This document shows positions 12,101 to 22,100 of a stretch of 64,000 bases of DNA, piece after piece (the stretch's first letter is position 1; each line of letters opens with the position of its first letter). The notes beneath the pieces were generated by a model that saw only the letters and a list, made by a program, of their open reading frames with translations, was not told the DNA's origin and ran no database searches. The position numbers and the translations under genes were made by a program. This DNA is from Catajapyx aquilonaris. Its lineage: Eukaryota. Location: contig JYFJ02001946.1 in NCBI GenBank assembly GCA_000934665.2, positions 1-64,000 of the forward strand, read 5' to 3'.

Positions 12101-15100
12101 CCTGAAATACGATAATAATAAACAGTTCCGTTCTTGCTGGTTAATTTGAGACAGGGGAATGGGTCACAGGGATGGAGGTGCGCTTTGTGTTGGTGATGCT
12201 GTATGGCTTTTTGTAACCGCAACAGTACTGTCCATAAGATAGGCCTGTATCCGCTGAGGATAGGGCTGTATCCGCAACGAGTGAAGGTTAGGTTTGGTTA
12301 GGTTTGGTTAGTACATCGTACGCTGACGATAGGGCTGTATCCGCTGAAGATAGGCCTGTATCCGCTGAGGATAGGGCTGTATCCGCAACGATTGAAGGTT
12401 AGGTTTGGTTAGGTTTGGTTAGTACATCGTACGCTGACGATAGGGCTGTATCCGCTGATGATAGGCATGTATCCGCTGAGGATAGGGCCGGCGGTAACTT
12501 CGTCTACTGGTAGGGCCACCCAAGTCGGACAGGTCTTTGGGGTGGGAGACCGGCTTAGAGAAATGCCACGCCTTCATCTCTTTTTTTAAACAATACGAAT
12601 AAACAGTTGCAACAATGGAACACTTGCTTATTTTCATTTATTCATTGTTAATTACTTGCAATTTCATAATTCAATTACTCTTTAACGAAACGTTTCTCCA
12701 CCCAAGGAATAGTGTCATTCGACTCAGCCCATGGAGGAGCTTCAGGAAATGTATAGAAACCTGCAATATTTTGGGGGGGCTAAAGTGCATCCTTACCAAA
12801 ACCCTTACTCGTCAGCATGCTCCTTCTATTGCATGAAGAATATCAACCATGGTAAGCATTGTTGACAATATGATCCTACAGTTATGGCAGGCTCTACGCA
12901 CAGGATGTGTTGCTCTGCCAAAGTGCAACTCCATAGACCCATTCACGAAGCCATTTTCTTTCCCACCCCAAAAAAGATCTCGGTAGCATTATCTACGCCT
13001 GCTACGTTGCAACAAAAGACTATTATAACAAGTATAAGGACTGCGATATCGTTGAAGAAGAGTCCAGCATACGGTGCCTTTGCTCAGGGGACCTGTGCAC
13101 CCATGTATTTGACCATGTCTTAACCATCCCAGACATCCCAGACATCACCAGTACATCACCTCCTGGCCGAGCCCAGAGCCGCTGGAGCCGCCCTACCTCC
13201 TCCACTGCATCTGGCCAGGGCCACACTCCCTACCTCGTCCTGAGCCTCCTCATCCTGTCCCTGCTGTCCATATGGATGGCTCATCATCATCCATGATTCA
13301 CATCATACATTTCAATCATCAAGCGGCCTGGTTAAAGGCAACAATAAATTGCACTGACTGAAATTATTGACTTTACTAGGTTGCCAAAATTTGTCAAATG
13401 GACGGGGGGAGAGAGAGACAGCGATGTGCACCAAGCAGCAGCATTGAAGCGACATCCGACGGTAAAGTGCAGAAGTAAGTGAGTCATGACCAGGCCGCAT
13501 CTTTAGTTTTTTTTACATCGCAACTGCGATCTCTGTATCATGGTATCATTGCAGAGCAGCCGCTTGGAAGTAACACCTTCATTGCAATAACTGCTGTAAC
13601 AGTATTTATTACAGACTATTATCTGCTACTCAGCAGTAGTTATTGATATGCTGCTACTCGCTACTTGTTATTCGCTATCTTACTCAATAGGGTTGGGCAT
13701 AAATGATATCCGCACCAGTACTTTTACCTACTCTCCTAGGTGTGTATCTGCTGAAGAATAGGCCTGTATACGCTGAGGACAGGGCTGTATCCGCAAGGAA
13801 GAAAGGTTAGGTTAGGTTGGGTTAGTACTTTGTACCCCTGCCACACGAAGCAGTCAAAATTAATATCCCAGCACAGAAAATATTAACATGCTTGCCCCTT
13901 GGCCCTCCGAGTAATTAGCGATTGAATGTGGCGCATGGCCATATAAGAGACCAGTTCGGAAGGTACATCTCATGCTAATGGCTGCGTAGGCTAGTGACGT
14001 ACCGGTAATTGTAAGTCTCATTTTCATGACACATTACCTTACATATTTTGGAATTGTGGCCAAGTTCACCTCATTTTATGGCATTGATTCAAATTTCCCT
14101 TTTAAACTTGATGTAACAGATGCCAACCTCAATTGGGACAAAATGGAAGCGTAACTTTTGCATCGCTCATGCGAGGAATTATAAACAATCCACCTGGTTG
14201 TTCTTCATACTTTACCTGAAGGTACAGTCGCCGACATATTGATTGAATCACTTGCGAGCCGATTTCTAACGTTATCCTGGATATTCAGAGCAATACCGTA
14301 CAACATCTTGCGAAATCCAGTGAGGCGACGCGTCGCCTGACTGGATTTCGCAAGATGTTGTGCGGTATTGCTCTGAATATCCAGGATAACGTTAGAAATC
14401 GGCTCGCAAGTGATTCAATCAATATGTCGGCGACTGTACATTACTGCACTTCGGCTCTTTCGGGACGTACAGAATGGCGGCCCACCCTGGGATTAGTTGG
14501 GGTTGGGTGCGGAAGTGGCGAAGGAAACTGTTCAGGACATAGCTGCAGGAGGATGGGCGAGGACGAGGGTGTTCCTGAAGCAGATGGACCCGAATCCAAT
14601 ATATCCACAACCTCTATGTTCAGAGCAAGTGGGTTGCCTAGAAGTAGCATGAGAAATAAAAGGCAAAATCAGCCTTGAGTCCTATCCAATACAGTACCAC
14701 ATTGGGTGGCGTGACTTCACCAATTGACGTCACTGGAACACCTTAAGTCGACTCAATCCTGTGCCTGTTTGTATTATGCATACGGATAACCCCAACCTGC
14801 TGTCGACTCTGGGTTTTTTCTTTATGAATACGGGTCTTAGTCTACTGTGTCGATACACATAAGCCGCACAATTCTTTGTACGTCCAGAAGAACAAACCTG
14901 GCATGTCATCTTCTGCGCCAGAAGAAACGCTGATGACACTATCCTCCGCCTTTTTCCGCTCCTCCAAAATCTCGGTTGTGTCTGTTGCCGCACTGCTGTC
15001 TGCTACTTCTTTGACCTCATCATCAACTCCTTCCTTTCCTGATTCTTCGGCAGTCTCAGACTTAGCTTCGGGATACTGAGAGTCTTGCGTTGGCATATAC

Positions 15101-16589
15101 CTTAGACACAGCTGGTCTGACTGTGTGTCGTCCATTTGTACTGACTTCTGAGTGTCTTCATCTGCAACCCTGACTCTCTTGGGAAAACTAGAAGAGATGA
15201 CTTCCACACTCTTGCGTTTCGGACGTTCATCCAAAATTTGCACCGAGTCGTCCAGGTCAGTGTCACTATCATCTAGATTGGGTTTTTCAGATGACATGTC
15301 AGATTTGATGTTCACCACACAAGACTGGGCATCACTCAGGTCTGTCGGAGCACTAAGACTCAACCTAGGAAGAACAAATTGTAATAACTCTGTGGTGATC
15401 CACAATGTCTGAACAAACAATAAGACGCAGACCTTAAATGTAGTGACTCGGACTCCATCACATGCTCTGGATCTTGAGCCGCCTGAAGAATTGGAATCAT
15501 TTCTGCCGTGGTCGCACTCAGGGCATCTTCTACCACTTGACTGTCAAAAATGTCTGCTTGCGTCTCTGCAGAGGAACAGTAACGTCAAAATCTCTTCCAT
15601 GGCTTTTCAAATATCAGAAGAACCAGTTCTGCCAATAAAGATGTGACTACCTGAGAAGATTTCCTCTTCTCTCTGGGCGCTACTGGACAACACCCTGTCC
15701 GTCTCCCTGCCATATCTGAAATTGTTTCAAAGGTCATGAATCTGGTTTAAAGCTTCAAGTTAACTTTTACCTTTCAGGGGTGGTTTTATTAAGCTCCGAG
15801 AGCAGTAACGCAGACGACGCAATGTTCGCAACATCCGTCTCTTGATCTGTTGGGTCGCTTTCCTGCAGGTGCCCAATGCCCCTTTGCCCTAAATGGCCGT
15901 TAGCGCCTTTCAGATGACCAAAGTCCTCAATCGTGGAGCCATGAGTGCCGCCTCCTGCGAGAAAAGGTTTGTTAACAAAACGCCAAAGACGACAAGAGGT
16001 TGATGCTGTCACCTAGTCCATCATCTCCAACGTGCAGGTCTGCGTGAGTCACGGGAGAGCTGGCAAACCTGACTGGCGGCGGGATGACCATGGGGAGCAG
16101 GCTGCAATGAACGTACGAATTGGAACAGTGGCAACAAATTGGACTGGTAAACTCTGCCCATGTGAAGGAAGTGGCATTGCACCAATAGGCTACGGAAGGT
16201 ACTCACACGTCGGAACTGTTTCCAGTGGTGGTGGGACCGAGCGTGTGGTCTTGCGCTTCGTCCTCCTCCATGAAAACCAGAGGCAAGCTGACCCCCGCCA
16301 CCACCTTGTCTCCACTCCCCCCACTATCCACATGCACTGTGGGACCCAAACCTGTCCCTTCCACCACCACGTCACTCATGAATCCCCCTCCAAGTCCCTT
16401 CTCCCCATCCCCACCACCACTCTCCTGCCTGTTGTGACCTGCTGAGGACTGGTGTCCATTCTGATGCAGGCCCTTCAGGAGCGTCCAAGGCGCCTGAAGA
16501 CAAGAGTCGCCATGTCCCGGGCTGCAGGGAACCACATCGTCGTCATCCAGCTCCTGGCCCAATTCATCTGCCAAGGAATCACTCGACAT
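6132..16589 (-). CDS. TP53BP1: TP53-binding protein 1 (53BP1) ortholog, multi-exon
   Basis: Acidic SQ/TQ-rich N-terminus (putative start MSSDSLADELG at 16589). Tandem Tudor VFAKWQDHYFYPGKI...EDEYLPGYIV (8271-8805). UDR-like VDVSL|ENIVQGKRKR across intron 8204-8270. Tandem BRCT MGPLPKSKIFSGKAFLLS...YKWVIDCC (7428-7864) and LLPSGYSL...VVTSLWVIQSL (6132-6638). Probable 5' exon near 18854-18950. N-terminal exon boundaries are approximate. Confidence 0.92.
10558..10814 (-). pseudogene. Remnant coiled-coil C-terminal exon resembling the Harbinger Myb/SANT-type partner protein; 14441-14637 may be an upstream exon
   Basis: GPFLRGAAMTPVQKKILENEDLLLREMLDEIRDRRRQAEEWHHQRMDLEREWLEKRKELE..., a charged coiled-coil tail inside the Harbinger TIRs. 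Family assigned from composition and context only. Confidence 0.45.
11843..12787. mobile_element. Non-autonomous TIR element with about 185-bp inverted repeats (CAC...GTG termini, or CTTTAG...CTAAAG with a TGCA duplication)
   Basis: 11841-12027 is the reverse complement of 12603-12789. The two ORF-track peptides MEHLLI...LGGLKC on opposite strands reflect this. Confidence 0.85.
12236..12490. repeat. About 2.3 copies of a 111-bp tandem repeat built from 20-bp gatagggctgtatccgctga and ggttaggttt subunits; diverged copy at 13745-13826
   Basis: Unit starts at 12236, 12347 and 12458, read directly from the sequence. Confidence 0.85.
14225..14436. mobile_element. Near-perfect palindromic Tc1/mariner-type MITE
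   Basis: ta|cagtcgccgacatattg...caatatgtcggcgactg|ta. TA TSD. The whole 212 bp folds into a hairpin. Confidence 0.9.
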
Positions 16590-17292
16590 GGCTTCCCAGA
16601 GAGCAATCAAGTTTGGCACCGCTCGCAATCAAATGGTCTGCACCTGCTACAAAGGAGCACATTTATTATACGTCAATTTTACTCTAGTATGCATTTTAAA
16701 AATTAAATACATTGTCAAAGGTGGGTGACTAATAAAAGTTGACAGCGCCTTGTTCCCTTTATAATTAACTCGCCCTTTGACGCCTCCTTATTGTCACGTT
16801 TAATTGAAATAACATTACCATCGGCGATAATTAATTTACAAGAAGTCTGAGTCTCTCTGAACACTAAATTACAGTATGTATTACGCACAAGTTGTAAATG
16901 AAGAATGAGACAGACAATGGGCATTCATGTGTTCGTAGTCTTATCTTTGCCGTTTGTAGCTCAATGGGGCAAAACCCGGTCGTCATATGTTCCCGGTCTC
17001 ATCAACGTGGCCATTGCTAATCAGTACATTAATTAAAATGTAGCATGCAGACGGCATGACCAACGGTATGACAACAAGAAATCAATCAGCATACACAGCC
17101 AAAGGATTAAAAATAAGGTCAATCACACACAGGTACAAAGGAGTACATGTCCAACTTACAAGATGAAACGCTCATACCTAATGTACACATCATTGCTGAA
17201 ATGATCCTAAGGGGTCATCGACCAACTGAAGGTCACATTGTAATTGCCAATGTAGTTGCAGTGGTACATAATCCCTGTTGGTACTACTACTA

Positions 17293-17627
17293 CAGTAGAA
17301 CCCTGATTATTCATCACCCATGGGACCAGGGTATGGTCGACACATGGAAAAGGTCGGATAATCCGAGGAGCAAAAAAAACTTTAAATGAAACACAACAAA
17401 AACCAAAGAAAGACATGAAATACCTTATAATAATTGTGGTTTTCTAATAAATAGTGAAATATTTATCTTTCACATACACACTCTATTGTACTGAATTTAC
17501 AATTTAAGTATTTAACTAAGGCAATACAAAACAAATGTGTAGTACATTACAGTATTTGATTAGAAAACATTTATCGCTGGGGCGGGACGCTCGGATAAGC
17601 CGAAGTTGGATAATCGGGGTTCTACTG
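17293..17627. mobile_element. pogo/Tigger-like MITE
   Basis: ta|cagtagaaccctgattat ... gataatcggggttctactg inverted termini. Confidence 0.75.
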
Positions 17628-17644
17628 CATTATCATCATCACCA

Positions 17645-17819
17645 CAGGGGTTGAAATATTCGCATGCAAAAGTGCAATTTGCATTCCAAAATTGTAATCT
17701 GCACTCCAAACTTGGCTATCTGCTTTTAAACACGGCTATACCCAACAATTAAAAATTAAGCATGCCAAGTAAGCCAGCAATCTTCGCATCTGAACAAAAA
17801 TCTTAAAATTCGACCCCTG
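17645..17819. mobile_element. Short hAT-like MITE
   Basis: Termini caggggttgaaat / aattcgacccctg. The TSD is not clean. Confidence 0.5.
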
Positions 17820-17821
17820 TC

Positions 17822-18130
17822 ATCATGTTATTATGATTACATTATAGGGTAATTATTATTATCATTGTTATTATTACATTATAGGGTTATTATTATTATC
17901 ATTGTTACATTATAGGGTAATTATCATTGTTATTATTACATTATAGGTTAATTATCATTGTTATTATTACATTATAGGGTAATTATTATTATCATTGTTT
18001 ATAGGTTTATTTTCACAAGTTTTAATTTAGTTCATATGTTGGGTTAGCTTGTGTCTCCCTTCATCGCTGACTACCCCTCATAGGGAAAAGTCGTGATGTT
18101 GTTGTTGTTATTACATTACAGGGTATTATA
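17822..18130. repeat. AT-rich minisatellite (ttacattatagggtaattattattatcattg units)
   Basis: At least five tandem degenerate copies of about 32-38 bp. Confidence 0.8.
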
Positions 18131-19172
18131 ACAACAACAACAACAATAATAATCATGGAAAATGTGTTGCCACATGGTATCGGTCGTATGGGTTCCTTTG
18201 TAATTATTAATTACAGTGTCTGCTACAAGCTGAAGAAAAAAAACCTGTCAGGAACAATATTCAAATGTCACTTGACAGCTTTCAAGTAACCAAGCGGCCA
18301 AGCTGCGATCAGAACAGGTGTGATTAACGTCACAGTGTCATAGAACACAGTATGTAAACATGTAACCAACACAAACGTTCCATACTGCCATGAGCATGAA
18401 CCTGGATTAGGAAAATAAAAAAATCCCATGTGCACCTGACATTGTTCTAGAAGGAACAAGGTGAGTCACAACAGGTGATGACTGCTGGTTACATAATGGA
18501 ATTAACTTCGCCTTGAAACCCCCGCCCCTATGATGATACAGGCCCATGTCAGGGCATTGAAGCCACCCCCCACCGCACCTTTCTTTCTGTGTCCAAGTGG
18601 CGGGATGCGGCCGGGTCGATTCCGCCCCACCTTCTTCCGCCCTTTTAGCGGGGGAGGCGGTGCGGGGGCACCAGATGGGTGGTGGGGCGGCCCCTGGGCT
18701 TGGTCCGTCGGCAGCCGTCGAGGGGAGGGCAAGAGGGACGCTGGCAGCCCCCGAATGGAACAAGGGCTGAGCAGGGAGGCGCCGGCGGGCGGGGGAGAGG
18801 ATCCAGTCCGCTTCTGCTCTCTTCTCTCTTTGGCCGCCGACTCACTCACTCACCCGCCAGGCACCAGATGGCGTCCATGCACCACTCCACAAAAAATATT
18901 AATTAAAAAAAATTGGCGAAAATAATCGCAAAAAAAAAAACTGGCGAATATCGCAAAATATATAACGGAAAGGAACGGACCGGGATTGGCTTAACATACG
19001 GAATGGGGCGTGGCTTGTATGGCATGGAAACGGAACGGGCGGCCATTTTAAGATTGAGTTAAGGAACGGAGCGGGTCGAACAAGCGCGCGGTTTTTGTTT
19101 TTTTTATAAAAAATGTATCAACTTTTTTTTTATTTGAATAGAATGGATACACACGGTGTGTTGCGACAACGA

Positions 19173-22100
19173 TCACGCCTGCAGTGTGGCCGTGCTCTCA
19201 CTCATAACAGTCATACCGTCCTTCATCTCAGCACCTTCCTCGCGCTTCAGCTTCACACGGTAGAATTTGGTCCCCTGGGGGACGTTGTACCGATTCAGTG
19301 CCTGGAAAAGTACATACTCGTTACAATCGACATTGCATATCCGGAGCTAAATTAAGCCGCGTTTACATGTGAGCGATGATGACATCGCTCTCATGTAAAT
19401 GTGGCTTTACAATCACAAGATGGAGCTAAATCCGCCTGACCTTTCTAGCCTGGCAATATTCCTTCTCGACGACCTCCCCCGTGGTGAAGAGTGTTTCCGG
19501 ACATGGGCTGCCCCACTCTTGCAGACCTAATGTTTCGAAGGAATCGTTGTGGACAAAGTACATGGTGTCCCCCTCGCAGTACACGGCGTAGTTGAAGTAC
19601 TCCCGGTCCCAGTACACCAGGACAGTGCTTCCAACGGTGCATCGGGATACTATCACCTCTCCTCGCTGGACCAGAGACACTGCGGCTTGAGGCTGCAAAA
19701 TTATGGCGGAAATTGTCAACAGATTCGGGGGTGCTCATGTGACAATAATGCACGAAACATTTCTATGGGAGAGTGTCTGCATTTTAAATTCTAATAAACT
19801 TATTGTTCATAAACAATGTGTGATTCAAAAATTCGGCCATCAAGACCACTGCCACAAAAAGTGCAGTACAAATTCAGGAAGGCTCATAATGTGTGGCCAT
19901 TTCAGAAGCACATTAATTGCAAACGCTTGACGTTCGAGCTCAGGTTTTCACTACTCAGAGGCCAGATATTTAAAAACTGAGTTTCCCTTTTCCATCGAAC
20001 ATTATTAGGAACAACTTGCAATAAAAATTATCGCGCTTTAAGACAATATCAATCCTGAAGAAATCCTTTCGTTATTATCAGAGACTACGGAACAATCGAA
20101 TGGCGGAAAAGAACAATGGGCCATGTCCTACATGAAGAAACGGGAAGCTGCGAAAAGAAATTTGATATAAATTCCTAAACTATTTGAGATTTTGAAATTC
20201 TGTAAAAGGAATAGGCCTAAGAAGGCCACACCAACACGTTAATTTTGGCATATTGATGCTGTGGGCACATCAGCTGTTATTCCGAATTTTCAACCTTGGG
20301 ACACATTCATTACGTGTTCAAAATGGGCTATTCATTTAATTTAACATTTGTCATATCTCATTTCCAGCCAAAAAATTGTTTCCTGGCTCTGGTGCCCCTG
20401 GCCCTTTGTCACAGAAGACAACCATGTATTCCCAAACTCACCAGCCTGTCCAGAGGGAGCGATCTCCTCTTGTGCTTGTTGTGCCTCGAGGATGAGACGG
20501 AATCGGCCATGAACGCACCAATTGCGCTGGTTCCAATGAGCACGCTCTGGCCTTGACTACTCTCCCCCAAGGCGGATGTGTACACGCTCCTGTCTCCACC
20601 TCCTTCAATCATCCCGCTGCCTCCTCCAATTCCGACGCACCCTCTTCTTCGGTTGTGGTCCCACCTCTCTTGCAAAAGCCACAGCTTCTCGGCCTCCAGG
20701 CGACGCACCTTCCGCTCCATCTCCTCCACCTGCTGCGTCTTCTGTGATGTAGCCTTCTGCAGCGCCTCATTGAATGCAACCTGCCTTGCAACTGCCTCGC
20801 TTGGGCTTGACCCTTGACTCATGGATGCAGATGCTACGGCTTCTTGAACTGCTTGCTCCTTCTCCACAGCAAAAGTTTCATTCATGCGGGCTACTATGGT
20901 CTCATGGGTTGCAACGTCCATCACATCAGACCTCTGCAGTTGGGGAACAAGTTCATTACCTACTTAACTGTGACAATACGACTTTAACAAATGCAACAGA
21001 CACAAAGCTCTCGTTTTCAATGTCAGCTCTCACAAAGAACAGTCTACAGTTATGTTATCAATAGCAAGAATTATTTCAGGCTTCTATAACTTTGCAGATA
21101 ATTTAGTTAGCATTGTTAGTCAATGGTGTAAGTCACGTTCACTTCCTGCTCAATTAAGCCATAGCATTAGTGCGAAAGGTAGCCTGTTAGAAGATGCACT
21201 TAGGGGCAAATACCATGCCAGCCTACCCCAAACCACCATCGATTTCTGCGCCTCGTGCCGTGAATACCCTCTCTCTACAGGGAATTTTACAAGCAAAACC
21301 GTCAGTAGATAGGAAGTTGCCAAATTCCAGAAGAGCAAGAAAAGAGAGCGCTTCTTAACCTACACGGTGAAGCAGCCGATTCTGGTCAGGGCTTGACGTG
21401 ATATGACAATTTTGCTTTTCGATGTGATCTGTGCACTTTTTCTTGCTCCACCAAAATTAATACGCCTTTGTACAACGATTGACACTAACCTGTGTGCCAA
21501 ATTCGACCTTATCTAGTGAGGCTTCGCTGGGACTCCTATCGACGGTTGTTACGAGCCTAAACCTGGCTCTGAGTCCGTCCATTTCACTCCTCATCTGCCG
21601 CTGAAGCCTCTCCTCGGCTTCTTTCACTTCTTTCACCCTTCTCTCCTCAGCCTCAGCCCTTTCCTTCTCCATCAAGGCCTGCAGCTCCCTGCACCTTCCG
21701 CATTCTTTTTCCTGCAATGCACGTCGCAACAGCCTCAGGTCCTCCTCCTTCTGACTGGCTTCCTGCTGCCCCTCCTGTCTTGCAAGTTCCAACTCAATCT
21801 CGTGCTCCAGTGTTAGTCGCTTCACCATCTCTTCCCGCTCCTGATTCAGTGCTTCTCTCTGGTGCTGCAACTCGCTGGACCAGTGGGCCTCCATCTTCAG
21901 TCGGGACTCCTCTCGCTCGCGTCTAACCCTCTCCAATTCAGCCTGAACCTCGTCATGCTTTGCTTGGAGAGATTCCGCTTCCCGTTGGACTTGTGCTAGG
22001 TGGCCCCCTTCCGTTTCCATGGCACGACGGCATTCCTCCAAAAGGAGCTGGTGCTCTGATCGAAGCTTCTCTTGGGCCTCACACACGGCCACATCCTGCT

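Larger units (their letters stand above)
11698..13296 (+). pseudogene. Ly6/three-finger GPI-anchor-type gene carried inside the Harbinger-like element, disrupted by an insertion
   Basis: Signal-peptide exon 11698-11779 MVCQAGAGAGAQHGVLILVLLAVVVFP|gtgag. Middle pieces ...SACSFYCMKNINH|gtaag (about 12810-12851) and VMAGSTHRMCCSAK. Last exon 12977-13296 ...YACYVATKDYYNKYKDCDIVEEESSIRCLCSGDLCTH...YLVLSLLILSLLSIWMAHHHP*. AATAAA at 13343. Confidence 0.6.
10212..14836 (-). mobile_element. PIF/Harbinger-like non-autonomous element (about 4.6 kb) in a 53BP1 intron
   Basis: Imperfect TIRs cgcccgtattcataatgaaa / tttctttatgaatacgggtc with matching subterminal tccgtatgcataat (10268) / attatgcatacgga (14773). 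Flanks are CTA/TTA. The flanking 53BP1 exons (ending 14898, starting about 10122) splice in phase without this segment. Confidence 0.7.

Noticed and set aside
12236..12490. CRISPR-like array or interstitial telomere
   Set aside because: Eukaryotic context, no unique spacers, and the TTAGG motifs are short parts of a larger tandem unit.
14441..14650. ORF as a constitutive 53BP1 exon
   Set aside because: It lies inside the Harbinger-like TIRs and the flanking 53BP1 exons join in phase without it. Exonisation is not excluded.
18407..18925. Several overlapping GC-rich ORFs
   Set aside because: Low-complexity frames in the GC-rich 53BP1 5' region with no recognisable domain.
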